A stretch of DNA of 64,000 nucleotides from an uncultured Clostridia bacterium (GCA_948443805.1 CAOJUB010000003.1:69832-133831), one strand, 5' to 3'. Counted from the first letter of the stretch, positions 1-9,673 are shown. The notes: a model not told the origin generated them from the letters alone. A program made the numbers and translations.

Positions 1-3
1 GCT

Positions 4-1332
4 GTGATTCAAGATGTTTTTCAGTATTCGCCTTTCAGGGGCAAAGTAAAAAAGGGCGATGATTTGATCCGGATCAACGGGAAGATTATTCACGATTTTT
101 TGGATTATATGTATTTCTCTTCCGAGATTGCGGATGAAAACGGGGAAATCCCGCCGCAGGAAGTGGAAATTACCGTTCGCCGCGGAAAAAAGTTGCTGAC
201 CTTCCGGGAGGTCGTCCGGGAAGGCGATCTTCGGTTGGATTTTGCCAACTATATTATGGATGACCAGAAGGTCTGCAAAAATAAATGCGTTTTCTGTTTT
301 ATTGACCAGATGCCGAAAGGCATGCGTGATACGCTCTATTATAAAGACGATGATTTCCGTCTTTCGCTGATTTACGGAAATTATGTGACGCTGACGAATC
401 TGACCGATGAGGAACTGGATCGGATTGTTTCGCTCCGGGTTTCACCGCTGAATGTTTCGGTTCACACAACCAACCCCGAACTTCGTGTCCGGATGATGGC
501 GAATCCCAATGCCGCCAAAATCATGGAAAATCTGAAAAAATTCTCCGATGCCGGAATTAATCTCCGCTGTCAGATTGTTCTCTGCAAAGGGCTCAACGAC
601 GGCGCGGAACTGGACCGGACCATGCGGGATTTGAAAAGTCTGTATCCGGCGGTTTCCAGCGTCTCTGTTGTTCCTGTCGGGCTGACGAAATACCGCGAAG
701 GGTTGTATCCGCTGGAGGCTTTTGAAAAAGAAGATTGCCGGGCGGTTCTGGAGCAGATTAACGCTTTCGGCGACCGGTGCCTGGAGGAACTGGGCGCCCG
801 GTTGTTTTATCCGTCGGACGAGTTCTATCTCAAGGCGGAGGCCGATTTGCCGGGATATGCGTATTATGAAGATTTTGAGCAGCTGGAAAACGGCGTTGGT
901 ATGCTGATGAGCTTTGCCGGCGAGTTTGCCGAACTGATGAAATATTATAAAGGAAGTGATGCGCCGATTTCTGTTTCGATGGCAACCGGCGTATCGGTCA
1001 AACCGTTTTTTGAAACGATTCTGAAAGGGCTGAAAAAACGTTTCCCGAATCTGAATTGCCGTGTATACGCGGTTCGGAACGATTTCTTCGGTGAAAAAAT
1101 CACCGTTTCCGGGCTGCTGACCGGGCAGGACATTCTAAAGCAGCTGAAAGGCCGGGAACTGGGTGATTATCTGCTGATCTCGCAGAACATGTTGCGGGGG
1201 AACACGTTTCTTGACGATATGACGACATACCGGCTCGGGAAAGAGCTGGGTGTCAAGATTAAAAAAACCGGCTATGGGGCGGAGGATTTTGTCCGCGCTG
1301 TTGCCGCCTGTAAAAAGAAACCGGGAAAATAA
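4..1332 (+). CDS. Radical SAM-type protein, DUF512 family (gene commonly found immediately upstream of der)
   Basis: 442-aa ORF. CKNKCVFC matches the CX3CX2C radical-SAM cysteine triad. N-terminal PDZ-like segment GDDLIRING. Lies directly upstream of der. The GTG at 4 is at the window edge, so the true start is uncertain. Confidence 0.7.
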   Translation: MIQDVFQYSPFRGKVKKGDDLIRINGKIIHDFLDYMYFSSEIADENGEIPPQEVEITVRRGKKLLTFREVVREGDLRLDFANYIMDDQKVCKNKCVFCFIDQMPKGMRDTLYYKDDDFRLSLIYGNYVTLTNLTDEELDRIVSLRVSPLNVSVHTTNPELRVRMMANPNAAKIMENLKKFSDAGINLRCQIVLCKGLNDGAELDRTMRDLKSLYPAVSSVSVVPVGLTKYREGLYPLEAFEKEDCRAVLEQINAFGDRCLEELGARLFYPSDEFYLKAEADLPGYAYYEDFEQLENGVGMLMSFAGEFAELMKYYKGSDAPISVSMATGVSVKPFFETILKGLKKRFPNLNCRVYAVRNDFFGEKITVSGLLTGQDILKQLKGRELGDYLLISQNMLRGNTFLDDMTTYRLGKELGVKIKKTGYGAEDFVRAVAACKKKPGK

Positions 1333-1362
1333 AACCGGACGGAAATTCGGGAGGAACATTCG

Positions 1363-2691
1363 ATGCATCCTTTAGTCGCCGTTGTCGGCAGACCGAACGT
1401 GGGGAAATCCACGCTTTTTAATAAAATAGCCGGGCAGCGGCTTTCGATAGTCGAAGATACGCCCGGCGTGACCCGGGATCGGATCTTTTTTGATACCGAA
1501 TGGAATGGGAAAAAATTTACGCTTGTCGATACCGGCGGTATCGAACCCCGCAGCGATGATGTGATCCTGGCGCAGATGCGCAGACAGGCGCAGATTGCTA
1601 TTGAGAAAGCGCATGTCGTGGTTATGCTGACCGATATCCGCACCGGAATGACGTCGACCGACAGCGAAGTGGCGCAGATGTTGCTGCGCGCCGATAAAAA
1701 AGTGATTTTATGCGTCAATAAAGTTGACCGGCCGGGAGACCCGCCGCCGGAATTGTATGAATTTTACAATCTGGGTCTCGGCGATCCGTATCCGGTTTCG
1801 GCCAGTCATGGTTTGGGCATCGGCGATTTGCTGGATGCAATCTGCAAAGAACTGGAAAGCGTTGTCCTTCCTGCCGAGGAGGAAAATGCCATTAAAGTGG
1901 CTGTGATCGGCAAGCCGAATGTCGGAAAATCGTCGCTGGTTAATTATATTCTCGGAGAAAACCGGCTTTTGGTTTCCGATATCCCGGGTACAACGCGGGA
2001 CGCTGTCGATGCGGTAAAAGAAAATGAACACGGCCGGTATGTGTTTATTGATACGGCGGGAATCCGCCGGAAGAATAAAATTTACGATAATATTGAGCGG
2101 TACAGCGTTGTCCGTTCCTATATGGCGGTCGATCGGGCGGATGTGGTTCTGATTCTGATTGACGCGAATCAGGGCGTGACCGAGCAGGATACCAAAATCG
2201 CCGGTTTTGCACATGAAAAGGGAAAAGCCGCCGTGATTGTCGTCAATAAATGGGATACGGTGGAAAAAGACGGAAACACGGTAAAACGATATTCCGAGAA
2301 AATCCGGGAAGACCTGAAATACATGTCCTATGCGCCGATCCTTTTTATTTCGGCGAAAACCGGGCAGCGGGTCGAGAAACTGTATGAGATGATCAACAGC
2401 GTGGACGAACAGCACCGGCGCAGGATTCCGACCGGCCTGCTGAATGATGTTCTTGCCGACAGCGTGATGAAGGTGCAGCCGCCTTCCGATAAAGGAAAAC
2501 GGCTGAAACTGAAATATATGACGCAGGTTTCTTCCGAACCTCCGGTGTTCGTTATTTTTGTCAACGATGCCGAACTGTTTCATTTTTCTTATCAGCGGTA
2601 TATCGAGAATCAGCTTCGTGAAACCTTCGGTTTTGAAGGGTCGCCGATCCGGATTCTTGCGCGCGAGACAAAAAAGGAAGATAAATTTTAA
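1363..2691 (+). CDS. der: Ribosome-associated GTPase Der/EngA
   Basis: Two tandem G domains: GRPNVGKST...DTGG...NKVD and GKPNVGKSS...DTAG...NKWD. 442 aa. GGAGG-like RBS before the ATG. Confidence 0.95.
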   Translation: MHPLVAVVGRPNVGKSTLFNKIAGQRLSIVEDTPGVTRDRIFFDTEWNGKKFTLVDTGGIEPRSDDVILAQMRRQAQIAIEKAHVVVMLTDIRTGMTSTDSEVAQMLLRADKKVILCVNKVDRPGDPPPELYEFYNLGLGDPYPVSASHGLGIGDLLDAICKELESVVLPAEEENAIKVAVIGKPNVGKSSLVNYILGENRLLVSDIPGTTRDAVDAVKENEHGRYVFIDTAGIRRKNKIYDNIERYSVVRSYMAVDRADVVLILIDANQGVTEQDTKIAGFAHEKGKAAVIVVNKWDTVEKDGNTVKRYSEKIREDLKYMSYAPILFISAKTGQRVEKLYEMINSVDEQHRRRIPTGLLNDVLADSVMKVQPPSDKGKRLKLKYMTQVSSEPPVFVIFVNDAELFHFSYQRYIENQLRETFGFEGSPIRILARETKKEDKF

Positions 2692-2738
2692 CAGTTAACG
2701 ATTATTTTCCGCCGCAGCGCGGAGGAATGGAGTGGAAT

Positions 2739-3398
2739 ATGAAATATTTGCTCATGCTTTTCCCCGGAATTTTGGGCTATCTGGTGGGTAGCGTCAATTT
2801 TTCGATTCTGGTATCGAAATATATCGGAAAATTTGATATTCACCAAAAGGGAAGCGGAAACGCAGGCGGAACGAACGTTGCTCGGACGATGGGGGCAGGA
2901 TGGGGGGTCGCCGTGATTGCGGCCGAAATTCTGAAAGGCGTTTTGGTCGGTCTGTTCGTCCGGTACATATTCCCGGTCGATCCTCTTTCTCTGGGTTCGC
3001 TTGGCCCGGCAATCACCGGCGCTTTTGCGGTCTTCTGCTGTTTTATCGGCAATGTTTTTCCTGTTTTTTATAAATTTCAGGGCGGCGGCAAGGGGGTTTC
3101 CGTCTGCGGCGCGATGATGACGATGCTGGATTATCGGGTCTTCTTGATCCTGTTTGGGATCTTCCTTCTGGTGTTTTTGCTGAGCCGCATGGTATCGATG
3201 GCTTCCATTATCGGCGTTATTTCCATGTCGGTTTCCACCGCTATTTTATATCATGGGCAGGATTACTGGTGGCTTCTGTTCCTGATTGTGACCGCTATGG
3301 CAATCGGGGTTATCATCCGGCATAAGGCGAATATTGTCCGGATTCTGCACGGCAATGAAAACCGTTTTTCCTTTTCGCGCAAGAAAAAAGAAAACTGA
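2739..3398 (+). CDS. plsY: Glycerol-3-phosphate acyltransferase PlsY
   Basis: GSGNAGGTNVAR signature and a multi-TM hydrophobic profile. ATG 2739 (GGAG 6 nt upstream) is preferred over the in-frame ATG at 2727. Confidence 0.9.
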   Translation: MKYLLMLFPGILGYLVGSVNFSILVSKYIGKFDIHQKGSGNAGGTNVARTMGAGWGVAVIAAEILKGVLVGLFVRYIFPVDPLSLGSLGPAITGAFAVFCCFIGNVFPVFYKFQGGGKGVSVCGAMMTMLDYRVFLILFGIFLLVFLLSRMVSMASIIGVISMSVSTAILYHGQDYWWLLFLIVTAMAIGVIIRHKANIVRILHGNENRFSFSRKKKEN

Positions 3399-3407
3399 AT
3401 AAAAAAA

Positions 3408-3452
3408 CCTCTGTGACCGGAAAGCATATACTGGTTACAGAGGTGATTTTTT
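3408..3452 (+). terminator. Intrinsic terminator after plsY
   Basis: CCTCTGTGACC (3408-3418) pairs with GGTTACAGAGG (3433-3443), 11 bp including one G-T pair. A T6 run follows at 3447-3452. Confidence 0.6.
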
Positions 3453-4094
3453 ATGGTGAAAACAGAAATTCTATCGGTTTCTGATTTGATTTTTTTCGAT
3501 ACGAAACCAATTCTTGAGATCAAGATCGATTATCCGCAGATTCAGGGGTTTATGCCGGATCGGGCGGAAAAACGGATCAATTCCTTTTTTGAAAACGATG
3601 CAAAACGGCAGAACCGAACGGCGCGCACTGTGCTTGCCGTAAAGGCAAAAGAAGCGTATCTTTACAGCAGGGAAAACGCCTTTCCGTTTCATTTGTGGTC
3701 ATATTTGCAGACGGTGGAGGAGACCTTTTCCGGAAGAGACAAGTGGTCGCTGTATGCCGACCGGTATGTTTACAGCGGGGGCGCGCACGGAGACACAATC
3801 CGGCGCGGATTTACCTTTTCTTTGAAAACCGGCCGCCGGCTTTCGCTTTCCGAAGTTTGCCCGGTCGGACAGAAAGAAATACTTGCTTCGGTCGTTCAGG
3901 AAATCCGCCGCAGCGAAGAGGGCATTTATTTTGAAGATGCGGAAATGCTTGCCGTGCGAAATTTTGATCCGAAAAATTTTTATCTGACAAAGGAAGGCGT
4001 GACGGTTTTTTATCCACTATATACCATTGCGCCTTATTCTTCGGGTATCCGGGAGTTTCTTATTCCCTGCTTCCGGGAAAACGGAGACCATTGA
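3453..4094 (+). CDS. DUF3298/DUF4163 domain protein (RsiV/PdaC-like fold)
   Basis: 213-aa ORF containing the YSGGAHG motif typical of DUF3298. Confidence 0.65.
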   Translation: MVKTEILSVSDLIFFDTKPILEIKIDYPQIQGFMPDRAEKRINSFFENDAKRQNRTARTVLAVKAKEAYLYSRENAFPFHLWSYLQTVEETFSGRDKWSLYADRYVYSGGAHGDTIRRGFTFSLKTGRRLSLSEVCPVGQKEILASVVQEIRRSEEGIYFEDAEMLAVRNFDPKNFYLTKEGVTVFYPLYTIAPYSSGIREFLIPCFRENGDH

Positions 4095-4109
4095 AAAAGA
4101 GTTTCAAGA

Positions 4110-4787
4110 TTATCGGTTTTTCAGCAGCAGTTCCGCCAGCAGAAGATCGTCGTCGGTTGTGATTTTGATATTTTCATAACTGCACAAACAGGTTTTAATC
4201 GGAATTCCGTGTTTTTCTGCGATCGAACAGTCGTCGGTAAAGTCGGCAAGCCGGTCTTTTTCCGCCTCCATCGCGGATAGGATTTGTTCTTTTCGGAAGA
4301 TCTGCGGGGTTGCTGCTTCGAACAGGGCGTCGCGTTTGGGAGTGAAAGCGATAAATCCGTTTTTGTCTGTTTGTTTGACGGTGCTTTTCGGTTTGGTTCC
4401 GCAGCATACTGCGCCGGTTTGATACGCAAGGCGAACGGCGCGGTCGATCTCTTCCGGTTGAATTAACGGCCGGGCGCCATCGTGAATGGCGACAAATTCA
4501 CTTTGAGGGTCGGCGGCGAGAATGCCGTTTCTTGCCGATTCTTCCCGGCAGGAGCCCCCTTCGGTAATGCAGGCGATTTTCTCGATGGTAAGCGTCCGGA
4601 CAAACGCGGCGATTTCTTCATTGGCAACAAGAATGATTTCGCTGACCGTTTCGGCTTTGTCAAACGCCGACAGGGTTCTTTCTATCACGCTCTTTCCGCC
4701 GATCAACGCCGTCTGCTTATTCGTGACGGCTGTCATCCGTGTTGCTTTTCCGGCGGCGAGCAGGATTGCCGATGTAAAATGTTTCAT
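4110..4787 (-). CDS. ispD: 2-C-methyl-D-erythritol 4-phosphate cytidylyltransferase
   Basis: 225 aa. N-terminal ILLAAGKATRM nucleotide-binding motif and family-typical length. Confidence 0.9.
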   Translation of the reverse strand: MKHFTSAILLAAGKATRMTAVTNKQTALIGGKSVIERTLSAFDKAETVSEIILVANEEIAAFVRTLTIEKIACITEGGSCREESARNGILAADPQSEFVAIHDGARPLIQPEEIDRAVRLAYQTGAVCCGTKPKSTVKQTDKNGFIAFTPKRDALFEAATPQIFRKEQILSAMEAEKDRLADFTDDCSIAEKHGIPIKTCLCSYENIKITTDDDLLLAELLLKNR

Positions 4788-4824
4788 TATTTTCCCCCAA
4801 TATGCTGCGTATCTTTTCCCGGAA

Positions 4825-5153
4825 AGAAGCGCAGGCTGTTTTTTGTTGCGATATCAAATTTGCGCCGAAAAAAAAGCGGTTATCCGGAACGGAGATTCAA
4901 CCGGAGGGTTGAAAGGCTTTTTTTAGAAGAACAGCTTGCTGTGTTTTTTGTTGCGATATCAAATTTGCGCCGAAAAAAAGCGGTTATCCGGAACGGAGAT
5001 TCAACCGGAGGGTTGAAAGGCTTTTTTTAGAAGAACAGCTTGCTGTGTTTTTTGTTGCGATATCAAATTTGCGCCGAAAAAAAGCGGTTATCCGGAACGG
5101 AGATTCAACCGGAGGGTTGAAACGCTTTTTTTAGAAGAACAGCTTGCTGTTCT
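4825..5153. repeat. Three head-to-tail copies of a 104-105 bp unit, each ending in an AGAACAGC..GCTGT dyad remnant
   Basis: The TTTTTTG unit landmarks fall at 4839, 4944 and 5048. The copies differ by one A in an A-run and a G/C change at 5123. A perfect 18-bp palindrome AGAACAGCTTGCTGTTCT sits at 5136-5153. Confidence 0.9.
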
Positions 5154-5155
5154 TT

Positions 5156-5184
5156 ATTGTACCACGGAAAGATTTTTCTGTCAA
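5156..5184 (-). promoter_or_regulatory. Sigma-A-type promoter reading toward ispD
   Basis: On the minus strand: TTGACA (5184-5179), 17-nt spacer, TACAAT (5161-5156). Then AA, then the 18-bp palindrome. Confidence 0.6.
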
Positions 5185-5206
5185 TATGGATTTCACAAAA
5201 AAAACC

Positions 5207-5235
5207 TTGATTTTTCAGGATAAATACGATATAAT
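5207..5235 (+). promoter_or_regulatory. Sigma-A-type promoter for the ymdB-like gene
   Basis: TTGATT (5207-5212), 17-nt spacer, TATAAT (5230-5235). Confidence 0.6.
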
Positions 5236-5286
5236 ACAAAATGTATAGGAATAAACTGGAATTTTTCGGAAAAAGAGGATACAGGA

Positions 5287-6042
5287 TTGAGGACCTTATT
5301 TATCGGAGATATTGTCGGTCCGGCCGGAATCGAGTTTACCGCCAGACTTCTGCCGGGATTGATTCGGGAGGAAAAAATTGATTTTGTAATCGCCAACGGC
5401 GAGAATTCCGCTCTTCACAACGGCATTACGCCTGCGGGCGCAGAAACGCTCCGGTATGCCGGTGTGGATGTGATTACGCTGGGCAATCATGCGTTCCGGC
5501 AAAAAAGCGGCTGCGATTTGATGTATGAGTGCGGATATGTCATCCGGCCGGGGAATTTTCCTTCGGAAGCGCCGGGACAGGGAACTGCTGCGGTGGACAC
5601 GCCGTTCGGCAGGGTTGGCGTAATCAACGCGATGGGTCAGCTGTATATGATCAGCTGCGACAATCCGTTTACCTTTGCGAAAAAAGCGGTGGAAAAACTT
5701 TCTGACTGCGATTATATTTTTATGGATTTTCATGCGGAAGCCACCAGTGAAAAGCAGGCGATGGGGTTTTATCTTGACGGAAAGATTACCTGTTTTTTCG
5801 GAACGCATACGCATGTACAGACCAATGACTTTCGTATACTGCCGAAAGGCAGCGGCTATATTTCCGATGTGGGAATGGTCGGCGGCAGAAATTCTGTTCT
5901 CGGCGTTTGCCCGGAGGGGCCGGTAAGCCGTTTTGTTACCGGGCTTCCGGCGGCTTTTGCACAGGCGGAGGAGGATTTGTCGTTCTGTTCGGTGATTTTT
6001 GATTCCGAAACCAAAGAAATGATTCCGAAAAATATTACCTGA
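5287..6042 (+). CDS. ymdB: YmdB-family metallophosphoesterase (2',3'-cyclic-nucleotide 2'-phosphodiesterase)
   Basis: N-terminus MRTLFIGDIVGPAG, plus GNH and GTHTH metal-ligand motifs. TTG start with AAAGAGGA upstream. Confidence 0.8.
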   Translation: MRTLFIGDIVGPAGIEFTARLLPGLIREEKIDFVIANGENSALHNGITPAGAETLRYAGVDVITLGNHAFRQKSGCDLMYECGYVIRPGNFPSEAPGQGTAAVDTPFGRVGVINAMGQLYMISCDNPFTFAKKAVEKLSDCDYIFMDFHAEATSEKQAMGFYLDGKITCFFGTHTHVQTNDFRILPKGSGYISDVGMVGGRNSVLGVCPEGPVSRFVTGLPAAFAQAEEDLSFCSVIFDSETKEMIPKNIT

Positions 6043-6120
6043 ACGCCTGCGGAGATTTTCAGCTGTGCAGGAAGAAAAACAGAGCAGAACGGTTTTCTGC
6101 TTAGAAAGGTCGGTTTCAAC

Positions 6121-6768
6121 ATGAAAATAGCGCCTTCGCTTCTGGCAAGCGATTTTAACTCGCTCTGCGATGAAATACAGAGCGTTTCCTGCGCGGATCT
6201 TCTTCATCTAGACGTGATGGATGGAATTTTTGTCCCGAATATCTCTTTCGGTCTTCCGGTGATTTCTTCTATCCGGAAAAAGAGCGATATGCTTTTTGAC
6301 GTGCATCTGATGATTACTGAGCCGGAGCGGTATCTTTCCGAATTTGCAGCGGCCGGCGCCGATTATATCACGGTTCATCAGGAAAGCACCGAACGAGCTG
6401 CGGAATGTCTGAAAACCATCCGGTCTCTGGGAAAAAAGGCGGGGCTTTCGGTCAAACCCTTAACGCCGGTGCAGGAGATTTTTCCGCTGCTTCCGCTTTG
6501 CGATCTGGTTTTGGTTATGACGGTTGAACCGGGTTTCGGCGGACAGAAATTGATTCCGGACTGTCTGGAAAAGGTCCGGCTGCTGGCCGACCGGAAAAAA
6601 GAGACAGGCCTTTCATTTTTGATTGAAGCCGACGGCGGTATCGGCGGGGAGAACCTTTCGTATGCCGCTTCTTTCGGTCTGGAGGCTGCGGTGATGGGGT
6701 CGGCACTGTTCCGTTTTGCACCGGAGCGCCGCGCTGAAGAGATTCATAAATTGCAGGCAATCGGCTGA
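6121..6768 (+). CDS. rpe: Ribulose-phosphate 3-epimerase
   Basis: IAPSLLASDF...LHLDVMDGIFVPNISFG...VEPGFGGQ motifs. 215 aa. Confidence 0.92.
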   Translation: MKIAPSLLASDFNSLCDEIQSVSCADLLHLDVMDGIFVPNISFGLPVISSIRKKSDMLFDVHLMITEPERYLSEFAAAGADYITVHQESTERAAECLKTIRSLGKKAGLSVKPLTPVQEIFPLLPLCDLVLVMTVEPGFGGQKLIPDCLEKVRLLADRKKETGLSFLIEADGGIGGENLSYAASFGLEAAVMGSALFRFAPERRAEEIHKLQAIG

Positions 6769-6856
6769 CCGGATTGCCGACGGTGTGAAGTTTCGCGCCG
6801 GAAAGAAAGTTTTTCTGCGCTTGATTTTTGATTTTTTGAAAGGATAGGACTGAAGA

Positions 6857-7492
6857 ATGGCGTTTTTTCGTTCGGATTTTGAAAAAACGGTGAGAGAAAT
6901 GGTGGTTCCGCTTCGCAGCCGGCCGTTAAATCCGAAAAAAACCGTTGTGGTCAATATGGATACCATTAACGGGTTTTTTGTTCACGGTGCGCTGGCTTCT
7001 CCGCGTCTGGCGGCGATCATTCCGCAGATTGTCCGGGTGAATGAGTATTTCGGTTTCAGCCGGAAGTTGTTCTTTATTGACCGGCATTATGAAAACAGCC
7101 CGGAATTTTCTGCGTATCCGGAGCATTGCGTCGATCTTTCGGAATGTGAGGTTATTGATGAACTCAAACCGTTTGCCGACCCGGTTTACGCATCGATTAT
7201 TTATAAAAATTCCACAAACGGTTTCCTTAGCGCGAAATTTGCCGTATGGCTCAAACGGAATATGGAACAATACGACCATTATGTGATTACCGGCGGCGCT
7301 ACCGATATTTGCGTTATGCAGTTTGCACTGAGTTTGAAGGCCTATTTTAACGAACATAATATAAAAAAAGAGATTGCCGTGATTGAAAACGCCGTGCAGA
7401 CTTATGACAATGAGGCGCATGACGGCGACAGGATGCATTATTTTGCTTTATATAATCTTATGATGAACGGGGTAAGGTTGTATTCGATATGA
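6857..7492 (+). CDS. Isochorismatase-family cysteine hydrolase
   Basis: VVVNMDTINGF near the N-terminus and ITGGATDICV, which carries the catalytic Cys context. Confidence 0.7.
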   Translation: MAFFRSDFEKTVREMVVPLRSRPLNPKKTVVVNMDTINGFFVHGALASPRLAAIIPQIVRVNEYFGFSRKLFFIDRHYENSPEFSAYPEHCVDLSECEVIDELKPFADPVYASIIYKNSTNGFLSAKFAVWLKRNMEQYDHYVITGGATDICVMQFALSLKAYFNEHNIKKEIAVIENAVQTYDNEAHDGDRMHYFALYNLMMNGVRLYSI

Positions 7493-8613
7493 GTAAGAAA
7501 ATGTTCAGGGATATTTTTCTGCTGATTCTGTACTGTCTGCTGCTGACAGTTGTCATCGTGAAAATTGATGCAGTGATCGGTTTTTTGCTGATGGTCTGTT
7601 CGCTGCTGTCGCCTCTGCTGATCGGGGCGTCGATTGCCGTCATTCTGAACCGGCCGAATAAAAAGTTTTATACCTTTTACTGCCGGCTGCTTTCTGGGGG
7701 AAAGGACCGGGGTTATTGCCGGATTTTCAGCATTATTACCGTGTATGTTCTTTTCGTTGCGGTGATTGCGGCGATCGTATGGATCGTTGTTCCTCAATTC
7801 GCCGACAGTTTTTCCAATATTGCGGCGAATCTGGAAAGTTATTACCGGAATGCTTCGTCCTTTTTTGAAACGGTTTCCCAGACCTATCATCTGGAGGTCG
7901 ATATTTCGGCGCTGGAAGGAAATCTGATTTCTTTTCTGGAAACTTTCAAGCAGCATATCAGCGATTCTCTTCCGCAGATTGTCGGGGCTACGACAGGACT
8001 GGTTTCGTCGGTGACGAATTTTGTTTTCGGGTTGATTTTTTCGATTTATCTTCTGATTGATAAAAACCGGCTGATTTATCAGGCAAAAAACCTGATCCGT
8101 GTGTTTTTGCCCGAACGGTTCGGCCGTTTATTGATTTCTTCCTGCAGCAGTATATCGGGTATTCTTCAGAATTATGTCGGCGTACGGCTGATGACCGGCC
8201 TGTTTTCCGGTATTTTCTGCTTTATCGGCATGACGGTTTTCGGCTTTGATTATGCGCTGCTGGTTTCGGCGCTGGTCGGGGTTCTGACGATCGTTCCGGT
8301 GTTCGGGCCTTGGTTCGGCTGCTTTGTTTGCCTGGTGCTTTCGCTCCTGGTGTATCCGGAAAAGGTTTTGTGGCTGTTGCTTCTGTATTGGGGGCTGTAT
8401 TTTGCGGAGCGGTTCTTTGTTTTCCCGTTTATTTTGGAACGGGAGACCGATCTTCCTCCGCTTTGGCGAATTGTCTCGGTTTCTTTTTTCGGCGCGGCGT
8501 TCGGTTTTAAAGGAATGTTGATTGCGATTCCTGTAACCGCATTTTTCTATGCGGTGTTTGCCGAATGGATTGCCGGCAGGGAACAGAAAAAGAAAGAAAA
8601 AATATCGGTATAA
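7489..8613 (+). CDS. AI-2E family transporter (PerM/UPF0118)
   Basis: 374-aa polytopic membrane protein with the TIVPVFGPW region typical of the family. ATGA overlap with the upstream gene. Confidence 0.8.
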   Translation: MSKKMFRDIFLLILYCLLLTVVIVKIDAVIGFLLMVCSLLSPLLIGASIAVILNRPNKKFYTFYCRLLSGGKDRGYCRIFSIITVYVLFVAVIAAIVWIVVPQFADSFSNIAANLESYYRNASSFFETVSQTYHLEVDISALEGNLISFLETFKQHISDSLPQIVGATTGLVSSVTNFVFGLIFSIYLLIDKNRLIYQAKNLIRVFLPERFGRLLISSCSSISGILQNYVGVRLMTGLFSGIFCFIGMTVFGFDYALLVSALVGVLTIVPVFGPWFGCFVCLVLSLLVYPEKVLWLLLLYWGLYFAERFFVFPFILERETDLPPLWRIVSVSFFGAAFGFKGMLIAIPVTAFFYAVFAEWIAGREQKKKEKISV

Positions 8614-8650
8614 TTTATTGGTGGCAGTTAGGGAAAGGACGGAATGGAAA

Positions 8651-9673
8651 ATGATAAAAAAACAATTGGAAGAAGTGAAAGAAAAGGCGCTTGAAGCGCT
8701 TTCTCATGCGGATATTCTGGATTCTTTGGAACAGGTTCGGGTTCGTTTTCTCGGCAAAAAGGGAGAAGTGACCGCGATTTTATCGCAGATGGGGAAACTC
8801 TCTCCGGAGGAACGCCCGGTAATCGGCCAGAAGGCCAATGAGGTTCGAGGGCTGATCGAAAAGAAAATTGCCGAACGGAAAGAGGAGCTTTCCAAAGCGG
8901 CGGCGGAGCAGAAACTGAAAAGCGAAAAGCTGGATATCACCCTGCCGGGAAAACGTTCGCGGATCGGGAAAAAACATCCGGTTTCTGTGGTTCTTGACGA
9001 AATTAAAGACGCGTTTGTTTCTATGGGATATTCGATTGCCGATGGACCGGAGGTCGAATACGATTATTATAATTTTGAAGCGCTGAATATTCCGAAATCC
9101 CATCCGGCCAGAGATACGCAGGATACCTTTTATTTCTCTCCGGAAATGCTACTGCGGACACAGACTTCTTCGGTGCAGATCCGGACAATGGAAAAAAGAA
9201 AGCCGCCGATTAAAATTCTTGCTCCCGGCAGAGTTTACCGTATCGATGAGATCGACGCGACGCATTCGCCTGTTTTTCATCAGATTGAGGGGCTGGTAGT
9301 CGATAAGGGCATTACCATGGCGCATCTGAAAGGCGCGCTGGATTCCATGGCGAAAAAGCTGTTCGGCGAAAATGTTACCACACGTATCCGTCCCGATTAT
9401 TTCCCCTTTACCGAACCTTCTGCCGAAATTTCGGTTTCGTGCTTTATGTGCGGCGGAGAAGGGTGTCCCTTCTGCAAAAACGAGGGCTGGGTCGAGATCG
9501 GCGGCGCAGGCATGGTCAATCCCAAGGTTCTGGAAGGCTGCGGGATCGATTCTTCCGAGTATACCGGTTTTGCTTTCGGCATGGGGCTGGAACGGCTGGT
9601 TATGCGGCGCTACCGGATTACCGATATCCGGATGCTGTTTGAAAACGACGTTCGTTTTTTGAACAATTTCTGA
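8651..9673 (+). CDS. pheS: Phenylalanine--tRNA ligase alpha subunit
   Basis: Class II aaRS motifs: HPARD, FRTQTS-like RTQTSSVQ, GAGMVNP, FGMGLERL. ATG 8651 gives the usual ~340 aa. The ORF-track start at 8549 lies inside the upstream gene. Confidence 0.95.
   Translation: MIKKQLEEVKEKALEALSHADILDSLEQVRVRFLGKKGEVTAILSQMGKLSPEERPVIGQKANEVRGLIEKKIAERKEELSKAAAEQKLKSEKLDITLPGKRSRIGKKHPVSVVLDEIKDAFVSMGYSIADGPEVEYDYYNFEALNIPKSHPARDTQDTFYFSPEMLLRTQTSSVQIRTMEKRKPPIKILAPGRVYRIDEIDATHSPVFHQIEGLVVDKGITMAHLKGALDSMAKKLFGENVTTRIRPDYFPFTEPSAEISVSCFMCGGEGCPFCKNEGWVEIGGAGMVNPKVLEGCGIDSSEYTGFAFGMGLERLVMRRYRITDIRMLFENDVRFLNNF

Noticed and set aside
4482-5030. 182-aa and 134-aa plus-strand ORFs with an internally repeated peptide (FFVAISNLRRKKAVIRNGDSTGGLKGFF).
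   Set aside because: The peptide repeat is simply the translation of the tandem DNA units. The ORFs begin antisense inside ispD and have no SD. This is an artefact of the repeat array.
4825-5153. Possible CRISPR array, given regularly spaced repeats.
   Set aside because: The units are contiguous, ~105 bp long and lack unique spacers. No cas genes lie in the window. This is a tandem duplication, not CRISPR.
8614-8650. Expected T-box leaders upstream of pheS, metG (37710-37797) and ilvB.
   Set aside because: The pheS gap is only 37 nt and the metG leader about 50 nt, both too short. The ilvB leader lacks a T-box core sequence and instead contains a BCAA-rich mini-ORF.
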